Part shown: positions 1 through 12,910 of the stretch, in pieces
How the letters are laid out: every line of letters begins with the position of its first letter
Position numbering within the stretch: position 1 is the stretch's first letter
Source: Eledone cirrhosa
Taxonomy: Eukaryota
Direction: 5' to 3'
Assembly (NCBI GenBank): GCA_964016885.1
Contig: OZ024742.1
Span: forward strand, 321,346,001 to 321,410,000
Length of the DNA stretch: 64,000 nucleotides
Notes under the pieces: generated by a model
Told to the model about the DNA's origin: nothing
What the model saw: the letters and a program-made list of their open reading frames with translations, nothing else
The model's database searches: none
Translations under genes and position numbers: made by a program

Positions 1-732
1 AGAGGGGGGGGGAGACATATACATATATACACCTCAACCACCTACTTTTCAATTTCTTCCCCTCCACCAAACACCGTAAACTAAATTCCCTCCTTCTCCC
101 CATTCCCACCTCAGCAACAGCACCCTCTCCTCCCACCACCCATTACATGCCAACACCCCCAACTCAAACCCACTCCTCCCATCGTTCTAACCCCCCCCCC
201 CCCCTCCAACCCACAACTTGTTGTCACTATACACCCCAACCTCACCCTTTTCGAACCTGAGGGCTTCCTGCTCAGTAGAGATCTTCGCTTCGCACCCCTC
301 ACAACATGCAACAATGAGTTCCACACTGGCACAGTCGTCGAGAAGCTCCTGTGCCGCACGATCCTTCAGGCGCACTCACACATTGGACGCCGGCTCCCAG
401 ACAGTTCAGCACCCTGGATACATTCGAGGACGCCTCCAAGAGTGCAATGAAGCGGTTCGACTTCCGTAGAGGCCACCAGAAGGACGAACATCTCCTGGGC
501 GTAGACACATCTGTACACACATTCAGATACACACACTTCAACAAACAATACACACTCAACATCCATACACGAACACCCTCATCATAATATGCACCCCACC
601 CAACTACACGTCTGTACCTCACACACCCACGCTGTATAACTCCCCCACCCATCACTACTTCCTTCCTTTTTATTTTCTTTCTAATTTAATTAAATTTCTT
701 TTTATTTTCCTTGTATTTTTCCTGTTGTGCTT

Positions 733-838
733 TTCTTGATGAAGGGCTAATGCCCGATACGTTGACTGTGTAACTCACTCTCTTTTAGGCGTGAATTCGT
801 CAATGCATCCTCTTGTTTATTCGTTCTGTTTGTTTTTA
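733..838 (+). mobile_element. PLE terminal module with variant minimal hammerhead motif (TTGATGA-a-GGGC/taat/GCCC-GATA-cgtt)
   Basis: Core-like TTGATGA at 736-742, 4-bp stem II, GATA in place of GAAA, palindromic ACGT. A homologous module lies on the minus strand at about 61475-61603. Confidence 0.5.
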
Positions 839-932
839 TATCTATCTAACTAACTATCTATCTATCTATCTATCTCTCTATATATATAAATATATATAGA
901 GAGAGAGAGAGTCTACGGCCCCGTTAATTTAT

Positions 933-1008
<76 letters not shown>

Positions 1009-1151
1009 AGATAAATCTACCAAGAGTTTACGGTAGTGTCCAATCCGTATGAAGAACTCAATGTAATCCGGATATCATGGAAAGAAGAGATGCAATCAAA
1101 AATCACTTTCGGTGAAAGATAAACGGAATACAGAGTCAAGATAAAATATTT

Positions 1152-1257
1152 AAAAAATAATGAATAAAACAATGAAACAGTTCCTTATATTAAACAAATA
1201 ATGAACTTTTTTTGTTTAATATAAGGAACTGTTTCATTGTTTTATTCATTATTTTTT
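1152..1257. repeat. Perfect inverted repeat, about 47-bp arms with 12-bp spacer
   Basis: 1152-1198 is the reverse complement of 1211-1257. Confidence 0.9.
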
Positions 1258-1296
1258 TAATATTTTTAATATTTTATATATATATATTATATATAT

Positions 1297-1371
<75 letters not shown>

Positions 1372-1416
1372 TATATATATATATATATAACTAATAAGCT
1401 ATATATATATAATATA

Positions 1417-1452
<36 letters not shown>

Positions 1453-1611
1453 CTAATAAGCTCTGTAGCCTACATAGTGCACTCTTTTTTCTTGTACCTT
1501 TCCGTCGGAAATATTTCATTCACGTATATATATATATATATATTATATATATACACACATATATATATATACATAAATATATATGCATATATACATATAT
1601 AAATATAATAT

Positions 1612-1696
<85 letters not shown>

Positions 1697-2216
1697 CATA
1701 CATACATACATACATAAGTACGTATGTGTGTGTGTGTGCATACAAACACGCACACAGGTACGCACAGAGCTAAAGTCTAGCTTTAAGTCAAATTGACCCG
1801 ACATTTGAAACGTGTTTGCACAGGTGTTTTTTAAAATCCCACCGTGTGATCTAAACCAGATAGAGGAGGTAGATGGTGGGGGTGAGGTGGTGATGTTTAC
1901 ATATCCTTGTTGAGCCCGTGAGGGTTGAGATGGGGGCCGCCGGGCTAGGGTAGCAAGTACTGTGATGCTCTTCTATTTAGTAGTTAGGAAATGTCACCAA
2001 CCTTCCGAGGTGTTAGATGCACGCGAGACATTTAAATGTCTACCAGTCTTAAGTTGTTGTACTCTATAGACGGACGCATTGTGTATAGGTGTATGTATAT
2101 ACATATATGCGTATGTATGGGTGTATATGTTTGTAGACGTATGAACGTACGTGTTGACTGAACAGAAATTAATTAGTGGAGACAAACACACACATATACA
2201 TATTCATATCTATCTA

Positions 2217-2268
<52 letters not shown>

Positions 2269-2288
2269 TAGATAGATAGATATATATG

Positions 2289-2385
<97 letters not shown>

Positions 2386-2400
2386 ATATAGATATATATG

Positions 2401-2505
<105 letters not shown>

Positions 2506-2595
2506 ATATATATATATAGAGAGAGAGAGAGATATGTATGTATATATATATATATATCATATAAATATATATATATATATCGTCTATGTAAACAT

Positions 2596-3267
<672 letters not shown>

Positions 3268-3886
3268 TGCTAAACTATTTCTTAAAGCTCTCGATAATCG
3301 CTTCCCTAGAACACATAGGTATCACTCAATTTTCAATAGACATACTATAAAACTAACCTATTCATCCACCAAAAATTTAGCGCAAAATATTAATAGAATA
3401 AATAACAGGAACTTAAAACCTAGCGATAATAGCATAAATAATATCCAAGTTAACAAATGTAACTGTAGAGATAGATCTAAATGTCCGTTAAATAACAACT
3501 GCTTAGTTAAAAATATAATATACAACTGTAATGTTAAAACGGACGTTAATTCTTTTAACTACGTTGGTTCTACATCGACGGAATTTAAACTTCGCTATAA
3601 CAACCACAAGAATTCTTTCACAGATCCATCCAAAAAATCTTCAACAGCACTATCAGGCGTACTCTGGCAACTTAGGCATGATAACGTTAGATATTCGACG
3701 ACTTGGAAAATAGTTTCAAGGGGGATTCCTTTTAATTCATCCTCTGAGACATGTGATCTCTGTGCGGAGGAGATATTCTTTATACTAAAATCTAAAAATT
3801 CCCTTAATCTACGGACAAATTTATTCAGTTGCTGCAGACATAGATTGAACTCAACGTTTAAATATAAATTTAAATTTAAAATGTAA
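3268..3886 (+). pseudogene. 5'-truncated Penelope-like (Naiad-type) ORF: RT thumb/linker plus C-terminal GIY-YIG endonuclease
   Basis: Motifs [10 protein letters not shown]...IFNRHTIKLTYS, CNCR..CPL..C, IIY...YVGST..FKLRYNNH, TALS..LW, CDLCAEE, LN..CCRH. The ATG at 3230 lies inside the inverted repeat and is not the real start. Confidence 0.9.
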
Positions 3887-4328
3887 TTATGTTTGTTTTG
3901 TAATTATTTATGAAACTAGCCGATAAATCTTTCGATTTCTTCTTTTTATTAAAACATTCTTTTATTAAAACATTCTTTTATTAAAACATTCTTCATGAAT
4001 AATTAAACTACCCTAAAAGCTGATGCTCCAAATATATCGAATTAAATTTTAAACTAGATTAACTTCTATATTATATATAAGAACATATGTAGACCAAATG
4101 GGTATCCTAAACTTTTGGAATGATTTCTGCTAGACAGGGTTTGGTAAACAATTTTTGTTTTATCTGTTTCGACTCTGATGCTTATGATGATCTTGGCAAT
4201 ATATTGTCAATTAACTTTGAAAGGCTGATCTCTGTGTTTTATTTGTATTATTTTTTAATATTTTTTAATATTTTTTTAATATTTTGTAATATTTTTTATT
4301 TTTAATATTAAATGTCTTAGTTTTCTGT

Positions 4329-4359
<31 letters not shown>

Positions 4360-5260
4360 TTTTCTTGTCTCTGATATTTTTATTTATATTTTTATTTTTA
4401 TTTTTATTTTTATTTTTATTTTTATTTTTATTTTTATTTTTATTTTTATTTTTATTTTTATTAATATATTGAAATCTGTTCTCTTTTTCTGCTTGATCGA
4501 CAATCAGGTAGAATAAAGACAAGAATAGTATTGTTAAAATTAATATAGACTCTATATATATATGTGTATATATACACACATATATGTATACTTGAATTTT
4601 TATAGCACAATGAGAATGTTTTCGTGTGAATTGAGAGTTTGTTTATAATTATGATATAAACATATGAATTTTTAAAAACTAGACATAAGATCATTACTTT
4701 TCACACATTATAGATACATGTCTCATTCATGAATACTGGTACTTACATTATAATGCCTGTTTTATACGAACTAATATTTTCTACGGATAAAACATAGCGG
4801 TTTTAAATTCTGCATCGTTTATGTCTGGTTGTGTTTCATTTTCTCCTTTTCATTTTCTCTTTTTTCTCTCTATATAACGGCTATTTTCTCTCTTAACTAC
4901 ATACATCTCTCTTTACATTAATACTAGAGCTAAATAAATAAATAAATAAATAAATAAATGTATCAACCGATACTCAACTTCCTAATTTATCTATCTATCT
5001 CTTTCTATCTCTTTCTTTTTTCCTCTCTCTATATATATTTCTCTCTGTTTCTTTACATGAAGTTCTTCTCTTTATCTATCTTTCTATATCCCTCTATTTA
5101 GTCACATGCATTTCTTCTTTTTCTTCGTTTCTCTTTCTTTCTCTCTTTATCTCTTTCTTTTTACAACTGTCCACTATTTTTTAATACCAAATCAACCTCC
5201 CAAATGCAAGGTGATTGAAAGGTATGTCGTATCTATTTATTTATGAGACTGTTTATATCG

Positions 5261-5326
5261 TATTTTGTCTGAAGACGGCATAACATATTGTTAATATGAT
5301 ATCCTTGAAATATATATAACGAAATA
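5261..5326 (+). ncRNA. Minimal type I hammerhead ribozyme (family A)
   Basis: tattttgt-CTGAAGA-stem II-GAAA-tatata-TA-acgaaata; the stem I strands are complementary. Confidence 0.75.
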
Positions 5327-5454
5327 AATATGGTTTTATAAATATAGTTTCCATTTATTTAATATCATAAATATACTCCAAATACTTGTTGAGTGCTTTT
5401 ATATCAGTTGTAAATATTTACTCGTTGTTAACCCAACAATTTAAATATAACTTT

Positions 5455-5638
<184 letters not shown>

Positions 5639-5793
5639 AGAGAGAGGGGGAGAGAGAGAGAGAGACAGAGAGGGAGAGGGAGAGAGGGAGAGAGGGAGAG
5701 AGAGAGAGTTTGCGGTGCTGAGACCGGGGAGAACACTAATCATGAGAGTACTCTAATCATAGGGAGATGCATATTGAATATAGAGATAGCAAG

Positions 5794-5855
<62 letters not shown>

Positions 5856-5987
5856 AACAAATCGAGGTTTCGTTTTGGGGTCTTTATTGATTTGGCTCAG
5901 TTACAAACATTTCACAAATGGGTGGCTCAATGTGAAACCTCGTTCTTAATGTTTACACGCTACCATAGCTAATATTGGCACCTTATA

Positions 5988-6026
<39 letters not shown>

Positions 6027-6177
6027 GTTATAGAAAACATTGTAGCAAAAAGCCAACAGTATTCCATAGTATATATGTGACTATGGCGTCAAAATGGGAA
6101 AAATAGTTAACGTAAGATGTGGGAAAAATAATTGAAACTCATCTCAAAGAGAATCAGGATATAGATTCATCCACAGA

Positions 6178-6215
<38 letters not shown>

Positions 6216-6519
6216 ATAATATAATACCTGTGTTATTATCTTCAGGTTTATTTTATGTGGATGCAACATGCAGCATGGCAGAATGGTTAAGAATTCGCTT
6301 TGCAATAATTCGGTCCCCAGCCTGGCAGCATGGTTGATTGTCATTTACTTGTGGAATGCTCATCCAATTACACGTCAGTTTCAGTAGCAGGTTGTTCTAT
6401 TGATCGAACAACTGAAACACTCATCGTTGAAACTGATTGAGGTCCATTCCTTATTTCGTATCAACAATATATAGATACTTCTAGTCAGAAGATAGAAAAT
6501 GGTAAATACCCCTTTTCGA

Positions 6520-6766
6520 ATGACCTAGAAATTTCCCCTCCGAGGCTCAAGTCCGGGCAAGGTTGTTTATGGAAGACCAGCAGTTGCCCATGCAAACCTG
6601 TCTCCCCTCTCCACGCCACCAATGTTGCCCAAGGGAAAAGCCAAAGTCGATATAATTTAGCACTAGAGACGTCGCAATTTATTTCTACAGCTGGGTGAAC
6701 TGAGTGAGAATCGAACGCACAACCTCATGATTGTAAGCCCGACGCTCTAACTAAGCCATGCGCCTT
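6520..6766 (-). mobile_element. tRNA-derived SINE, family 2, internally deleted
   Basis: tRNA-like head with A/B-box-like motifs; homologous to 47338-47670. Confidence 0.75.
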
Positions 6767-7203
6767 CACATCAGATCGAAAATGAAACTAGAAATATAAA
6801 TAGCGAACGATAATTTATCACCGATAAGCTATCAATGATAAGCTATCAACGACACGAGTGTTCAAATCTAAGTATTATTTTTTCCAAGAAACCACTTATT
6901 AATACGGCTGATAAGATGTATTTCTAATTATTTACTCTTAATTGGATTAGATGGGAGTGGGGGTAGGTTTTGTTTTATTTTGCTTTCTTTACACGTTTAA
7001 TATCAAATTTTACATTTCAGTTCAAGAGCTTTTGTATGTTCATATCTTTAAATTGTCATACTAGAGTACGAAGGTTAAAGAACGAGATAATTGATAGCTT
7101 ACTGAGCGATATCATTTCATTATTTAATTATATATGTATACATATATATGTGTGTGTATATACATGTACGTATGTATGTAAGTATATATATATATAATAT
7201 ATG

Positions 7204-7253
<50 letters not shown>

Positions 7254-7339
7254 AAATATATATATATATATATAGGTTTGTTGGTTCACCACTGGATAGA
7301 ATTGGTCATTCCGTATGGTCAATCTTGATGTAATATTAT

Positions 7340-7439
7340 TGTTTCTACTTTTGGCACAAGGCCAGCAATTACCCAGTACAGTACTGGCACTTTATTTTAT
7401 CGACCCCGTAAGGATGAAAGGCAAAGTTAACCTCGACGT
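7340..7439 (-). mobile_element. 5'-truncated SINE, family 1 (Meta-domain-like core), with 19-bp TSD
   Basis: Core tttcatccttacggggtcgataaaataaagt; TSD aatcttgatgtaatattat at 7321-7339 and 7440-7458. Confidence 0.9.
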
Positions 7440-7585
7440 AATCTTGATGTAATATTATGGAGAGTACTCAACGTAGTGCAGTTCACCCGTCTTCGTTTGT
7501 GTAGTTGGTGGTGCTAATACGGAGTTAATTATTATAAATAAAATAACAGGAGGCTGGACTGGTGTAAATCCTTGAAAAGTTTATT

Positions 7586-7644
7586 ATACTATGATCATTT
7601 CAATGACCGGGTTCCATATGAATCCGGTGATATCATTAGGTATT
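7586..7644 (-). ncRNA. Hammerhead motif with one core mutation (CTAATGA)
   Basis: aatac-CTAATGA-stem II-GAAA-tgatca-TA-gtat on the minus strand; palindromic stem III. Confidence 0.6.
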
Positions 7645-7839
7645 CGAAATATAACAAAGGAATATATAAAATCCATGGGCCCGAAAAACAGAGACAGAGA
7701 GGACGACTGACCAACTAGCTGTCTTCACCTCGGTCAGTCGCCCTCAAGTGATGGCAACTCGGTCTACTAATGACCATCTGGTGAGGGGGCGAAGGCTTAT
7801 AATGTACTACCACCTCTCCGTAAGAGAATAAAAAAAAGA

Positions 7840-7908
<69 letters not shown>

Positions 7909-8793
7909 AGAAGAAAAGTCAGCGTAAGGGTCACACTACAGTCATGCTAGAAGACGCCACGAAAAATGTTATTCCAAAGAACCCCTATTTTAACAAAGGC
8001 ATATATATGGGTGTCTGTATAGTCTAATGTGTGAACAGAAAATTGGAACGTTAACTTATGTTAAGAGTTATAGGATGAAATTAAGTTATTAGAAAATTAA
8101 AGGTTTGTGTTGCGAGATTTATTTAATGAAATTACAGAGAGAGTCTTATATGAAAAAGTTTAAGTGTATTATAGGGAATCTCGATAAGTTATTAAGGTGG
8201 GTTATAGAGTAAAGATAAAAGCCTTCGATTGTAAATCGCAGCCAGCACCTCCTAACCACGTGTCAGCCAGTTTCGAGTGGTATCGTCTAGCGAAATAAAT
8301 GGAAATTAATTTTTCCGAGTACTCTAGGAACGTAGCTGCGATAGGCCACGGGTGTGCTAGCGGGAAGTCAACCAGCTTCTACAGGCCGTCGTCTATACCA
8401 AACGAATATTATTAATTCACACAGGAGGGGTTTATTTACGTGCCAGTAGAGGGCAGCATGATACAGCTAACAGTTATGCCTAAGCCTAGAGTTTATAGGT
8501 ATGAGTATAGTGTGGCGGTCAAAACAGGCGGTGTGGCGGGCCCCGGTGCAAATCGATCTGCTCCGAGTAGTTTCGTTTACCGAAAGAGGGGAAATTTATT
8601 TTTCCAAGCACTCAAGGAAGGCTGAACTTTCCGAGCGCCCGGCGCACAGCTGGGAAATCTACCACATATACCTCGGGACTTTTTTATGACTCACACTGAA
8701 TTCGGAGACCCGAACTTTACACTAGGTACCACCTGATAGCATTCCATCTCTTCCATCCTCTATATCTATATGTACAACCTTGTATTATCTTAC

Positions 8794-8979
8794 AGGGCGG
8801 TGAATTGGCAGTATCGGTAGAGGGTTGGATGCCATGCTTTCTAGCATAGTTACGTCCCTTTACGGTCTGAGTTCAAATCCCGCCGAGGTTAACTTTGCCT
8901 TTCATCCTTACGGGGTCGATAAAATAAAGTACCAGTAATGCACTGGGTAATTGCTGGCCTTGTGCCTAAAGTAGAAACA
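8794..8979 (+). mobile_element. SINE family 1 with 10-bp TSD
   Basis: A-box-like tggcagtatcgg, B-box gagttcaaatcc and conserved core; TSD attatcttac at 8784-8793 and 8980-8989. Confidence 0.9.
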
Positions 8980-10087
8980 ATTATCTTACTGCAACTTGAT
9001 CTATTCTGTATTTCCCCTTTGCTTTGATTCCTTCGATATGTTCTTATATATTTCCGTCTTACTACATCACTAGCTATGGCGGCGTTTTATTTATGTATTT
9101 TACTTTTTACTTTTTACCTTATTAATGTATTTTTATTAATGTATTTTTTATTTATTTTTTATTATTTATTTTTTATCTTTGTATTTTTATCTTTGTATCC
9201 TGCTTTTATTTATTTGTGATTTTCTGCTTATTATTCCTTACTCAGGTCATTATGCACCAATCATAGCTCCCGACCCACCAAAGAACCACACTACTTATAA
9301 CACGGACTAACTGGGACTTAAAAATAATTATAGTCTCTTGGCATTTTTCATTGGGTTTTACCATTTTCGACTGATGTGGTGGATTTCCCGGCTGTGCTTG
9401 GAAAAATAAATTTCCCCTCTTTCGGTAAACGAAACTACTCGGAGCAGATCGATTTGCACCGGGGCCCGCCACACCGCCTGTTTTGACCGCCACATTATAC
9501 TCATACCTATAAACTCTAGGCTTAGGCATAACTGTTAGCTGTATCATGCTGCCCTCTACTGGCACGTAAATAAACCCCTCCTGTGTGAATTAATAGTATT
9601 CGTTTGGTATAGACGACGGCCTGTAGAAGCTGGTTGACTTCTCGCTAGCACACCCGGGGCCTATCGCAGCTACGTTCCTAGAGTACTCGGAAAAATTAAT
9701 TTCCATTTATTTCGCTAGACGATACCACTCGAAACTGGCTGACACGTGGTTAGGAGGTGCTGGCTGGGATTTACAATCTTTATACTATAACCCACCTTAA
9801 TAACTTATCGAGATTCCCTATAATACACTTAAACTTTTTCATATAAGACTCTCTCTGTAATTTCATTAAATAAATCTCGCAACACAAACCTTTAATTTTC
9901 TATTAATTTGCTAATAATTTAATCTCATCCTATAACTCTTAACATAAGTTAACGTTCCAATTTTCTGTTCACACATTAGACTATACAGACACCCATATAT
10001 ATGCCTTCGTTAAAATATGGGTTCTTTGGAATAACATTTTTCGCGGCGTCTTCTAGCATGACTGTAGTGTGACCCTTACGCTGAATT

Positions 10088-10140
<53 letters not shown>

Positions 10141-10335
10141 TCTTTTTTTTATTCTCTTACGGTGAGTTGGTAGTACATTATAAGCCCTCGCCCCCTCACC
10201 AGATGGTCATTAGTAGACCGTGTTGCCATTACTTGAGAGTGACTGACCGAGGTGAAAGCAGCTAGTGGTCAGTCGTTCTCTCTGTCTCTGTTTTTCGGAC
10301 CCATAGATTTTATATATTCCTTTGTTATATTTTGA

Positions 10336-10393
10336 ATACTTGATGATACCAACTGATTCATACGGAACCCGGTCATTGAAATGATCATAGTAT
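10336..10393 (+). ncRNA. Hammerhead motif with one core mutation (TTGATGA)
   Basis: atac-TTGATGA-...-GAAA-tgatca-TA-gtat; inverted partner of 7586-7644. Confidence 0.6.
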
Positions 10394-10761
10394 AATAAAC
10401 TTTTCAAGGATTTACACCACTCCATCCTCCTGTTATTTTATTTATAATATCTATATATATATATATTGTGACATTCCACAAAATTTGAGAACTTTCATTT
10501 TCCTAATTTAAATTCTTATTTTCCAAGAAAAAAATGTTCTCACTAAATATTGCCTTTCCAATCACCATCTCCGCCGCCACCTCCATCAGCACATATTCTG
10601 CTGCTACCATCATCACCACCATCAACATGACACCATTCTGACATAACTGGGTAGAGATAGATAAGAGAAATAGATCAAACCCAATTTTCTAAGTTACCAT
10701 TTATAGCAATCACCGATGTTCACAGCTATTTCCTACGTTCGAGATTTTCTACATTTTCTGA

Positions 10762-10811
<50 letters not shown>

Positions 10812-10814
<3 letters not shown>

Positions 10815-11085
10815 TTATATTTAAATTGTTGGGATACAACAAGCAAATATTTTTATAACTGATATAAAGCACTCAACAAATTTTTGGAGTAAAAATACAA
10901 TATATTAACAAATGGAAACTATATTTATAAAACCATATTTATTTCATTATACATATTTCAAGGACACCAAAGCAAATTATGGTGCGCTTTCATCAGATAA
11001 AATATAATATAGATCAGTTTTAGAAACAAATATTGACATACCCTTAAAGAATGCAACCATGTCGGTTGGAAGCTCCCGGGAACAC
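10812..11085 (-). mobile_element. Family A PLE terminal module with intact HHR (10940-11004), between (TA)n tracts
   Basis: Minus strand reads tattttat-CTGATGA-aagcgcacca...tggtgtcctt-GAAA-tatgta-TA-atgaaata. Confidence 0.8.
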
Positions 11086-11099
11086 ACTATATATATATA

Positions 11100-11162
<63 letters not shown>

Positions 11163-11167
<5 letters not shown>

Positions 11168-11354
11168 AGTAAGTAAGACCCCGACGGCTGAGCTCAAGCC
11201 GTTTCGACGGCTAATTCTGTACGGAATTAGCCGTCGAAACGGCTTGAGCTCAGCCGTCGGGGTCTTACTTACTCCTATTTCCCACTCTACTACCCTAAGT
11301 ATTGAGTACTTTGGTGCGTTATGGTCCACCTGGTTCCTTACCACTTTTCCCTCG

Positions 11355-11357
<3 letters not shown>
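11163..11357 (+). mobile_element. Hairpin-headed short repeat, family H copy 1: 55-bp perfect palindrome plus tail
   Basis: Arms 11163-11217 and 11224-11278; homologs at 18680-18865 and 39553-39720. Confidence 0.85.
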
Positions 11358-11409
<52 letters not shown>

Positions 11410-11414
<5 letters not shown>

Positions 11415-11778
11415 AGGTTATATTTGGTTTGTTGGGATTCAACAAGCTTAAAAAAAAATGTTTCTCTCTCCCTCACATATCACCTTCTTCCAACAGTTTA
11501 ATTTATATAAACCGTTATCTTTTCAACCTTTCGGACACTCATTTGCATACTCAATCATAACTTTCTATCACCCTCAATAAATGTAATATCTCCACTATCC
11601 AGGAAACTCCAACCGTTAAGGCTGTCTTTTTTTCCGGGTATGTCAATATTTATTTATAAAACAAATCTGTATTTTATTTGATGAAAGCGCACCATTAATT
11701 TGCCTTGGTGGCCCTTGAAATATGTATAATGAAATAAATATGGTTTTATAAATATAGTTTCCATTTGTTAATATATTG

Positions 11779-11780
<2 letters not shown>
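11410..11780 (+). mobile_element. Family A module (HHR 11670-11736, core TTGATGA) preceded by an inverted copy of the family 3' tail (11410-11450)
   Basis: Homology to 5190-5457 and 10812-11085. Confidence 0.75.
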
Positions 11781-11844
<64 letters not shown>

Positions 11845-11846
<2 letters not shown>

Positions 11847-12050
11847 ATAAACAACATAAGATAATTATTTCATTTACCAGTGGTTTCTTGAAAGCAAACA
11901 AAATTTGCTTTCAGTCATCAGAATGAAAAAATCCTGGTGTATTTATTGACAGTGGATTTTAAAAACAAAAATATATCTATATGAAAGTGAGGCTGGAAAA
12001 GGAAGAAGGAAAGGAAACAGAATAAATATGAAAGTAGATAAATACACATG
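11845..12050 (-). mobile_element. Family B HHR module with intact HHR at 11868-11928
   Basis: Reverse complement of 18335-18543; tttcatt-CTGATGA-stem II-GAAA-ccactgg-TA-aatgaaa. Confidence 0.85.
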
Positions 12051-12092
12051 CACACACACACACGCACGCACAAATATACATACACACATATA

Positions 12093-12144
<52 letters not shown>

Positions 12145-12155
12145 ACGTTAAGACG

Positions 12156-12806
12156 GGCGTTCGGGAAAGTGAAAGTAAATTTATTTTCATTATCGAACGT
12201 CGTGTTTACATTTTGTGTGTGTGTTTAGATCTAAATGTGTGTCGTTTTAACTGATTATATATATATGTATATGTGTGTGTGTGTGTAGTTGACGGTTGAG
12301 AGAAGAGTACTCAATACCGAAGTAATCTTGTAATGAGGCTTGCACATGCTGGCGACGAAGCTTCTTTGCACGGCTCCATGTGTTCTTTATGTGCTGTGTG
12401 TGCACATCAGGGTCCGCAGGATCTACAAAGTTCCGTTCGTGCACCACAACATCATGAACGTAAATCCCACCTTCAATTTGCAAATAGGAAGCTCAACCAA
12501 CGGAGATGATGCGGCTGCCTGGCAAAATCCCTGCTGAATGATGGGGACGAGAGTGTCAGAGCTTCGATTTGGGACTTCTGCAAGGCAGCAGCGTCTAGAA
12601 TGGCGGACTCACCATTCTGCAAGCCTCATTACAAGATTACTTCGGTATTGAGTACTCTTCTCTCAACCGTCAACTACACACACACACACATATACATATA
12701 TATATAATCAGTTAAAACGACACTCATTTAGATCTAAACACACACACAAAATGTAAACACGACGTTCGAAAATGAAAATAAATTTACTTTCACTTTTCCG
12801 AACGCC
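12156..12806. repeat. 189-bp near-perfect inverted repeat with 273-bp spacer
   Basis: 12156-12344 is the reverse complement of 12618-12806. Confidence 0.93.
12345..12617 (-). pseudogene. Merlin/IS1595-family DDE transposase fragment, frameshifted
   Basis: VPNRSSDTLVPII and H..VVHERNFVDPADPDVHTQHIKNTWSRAK match the ISXO2/Merlin catalytic region. Confidence 0.85.
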
Positions 12807-12910
12807 GAACTTCTGCGTCTCGGACCCAAGTTCATCATTACACAGCGTCTCGATGATAGACTGAAACTCGACATCGAAACCAACTTCTGTCGGACAGCAT
12901 ATCAACTGAA

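Larger units (their letters stand above)
7531..10448. repeat. About 1.1-kb inverted duplication of a non-coding HHR-terminated element
   Basis: 7531-8667 is the reverse complement of 9374-10448, with scattered substitutions and small indels. Confidence 0.92.

Noticed and set aside
111-655. Short ORFs at the window start, with LRASC similarity to Tx1 ORF1
   Set aside because: The match is too short and there is no CCHC context; the region is unassigned.
8794-8890. tRNA genes at SINE heads
   Set aside because: They have A/B boxes but no cloverleaf, and they continue into SINE core and tail.
8440-9565. Duplicated small ORF MPVEGSMIQL...
   Set aside because: GTG start, no recognisable domain, and the duplication is explained by the inverted repeat.
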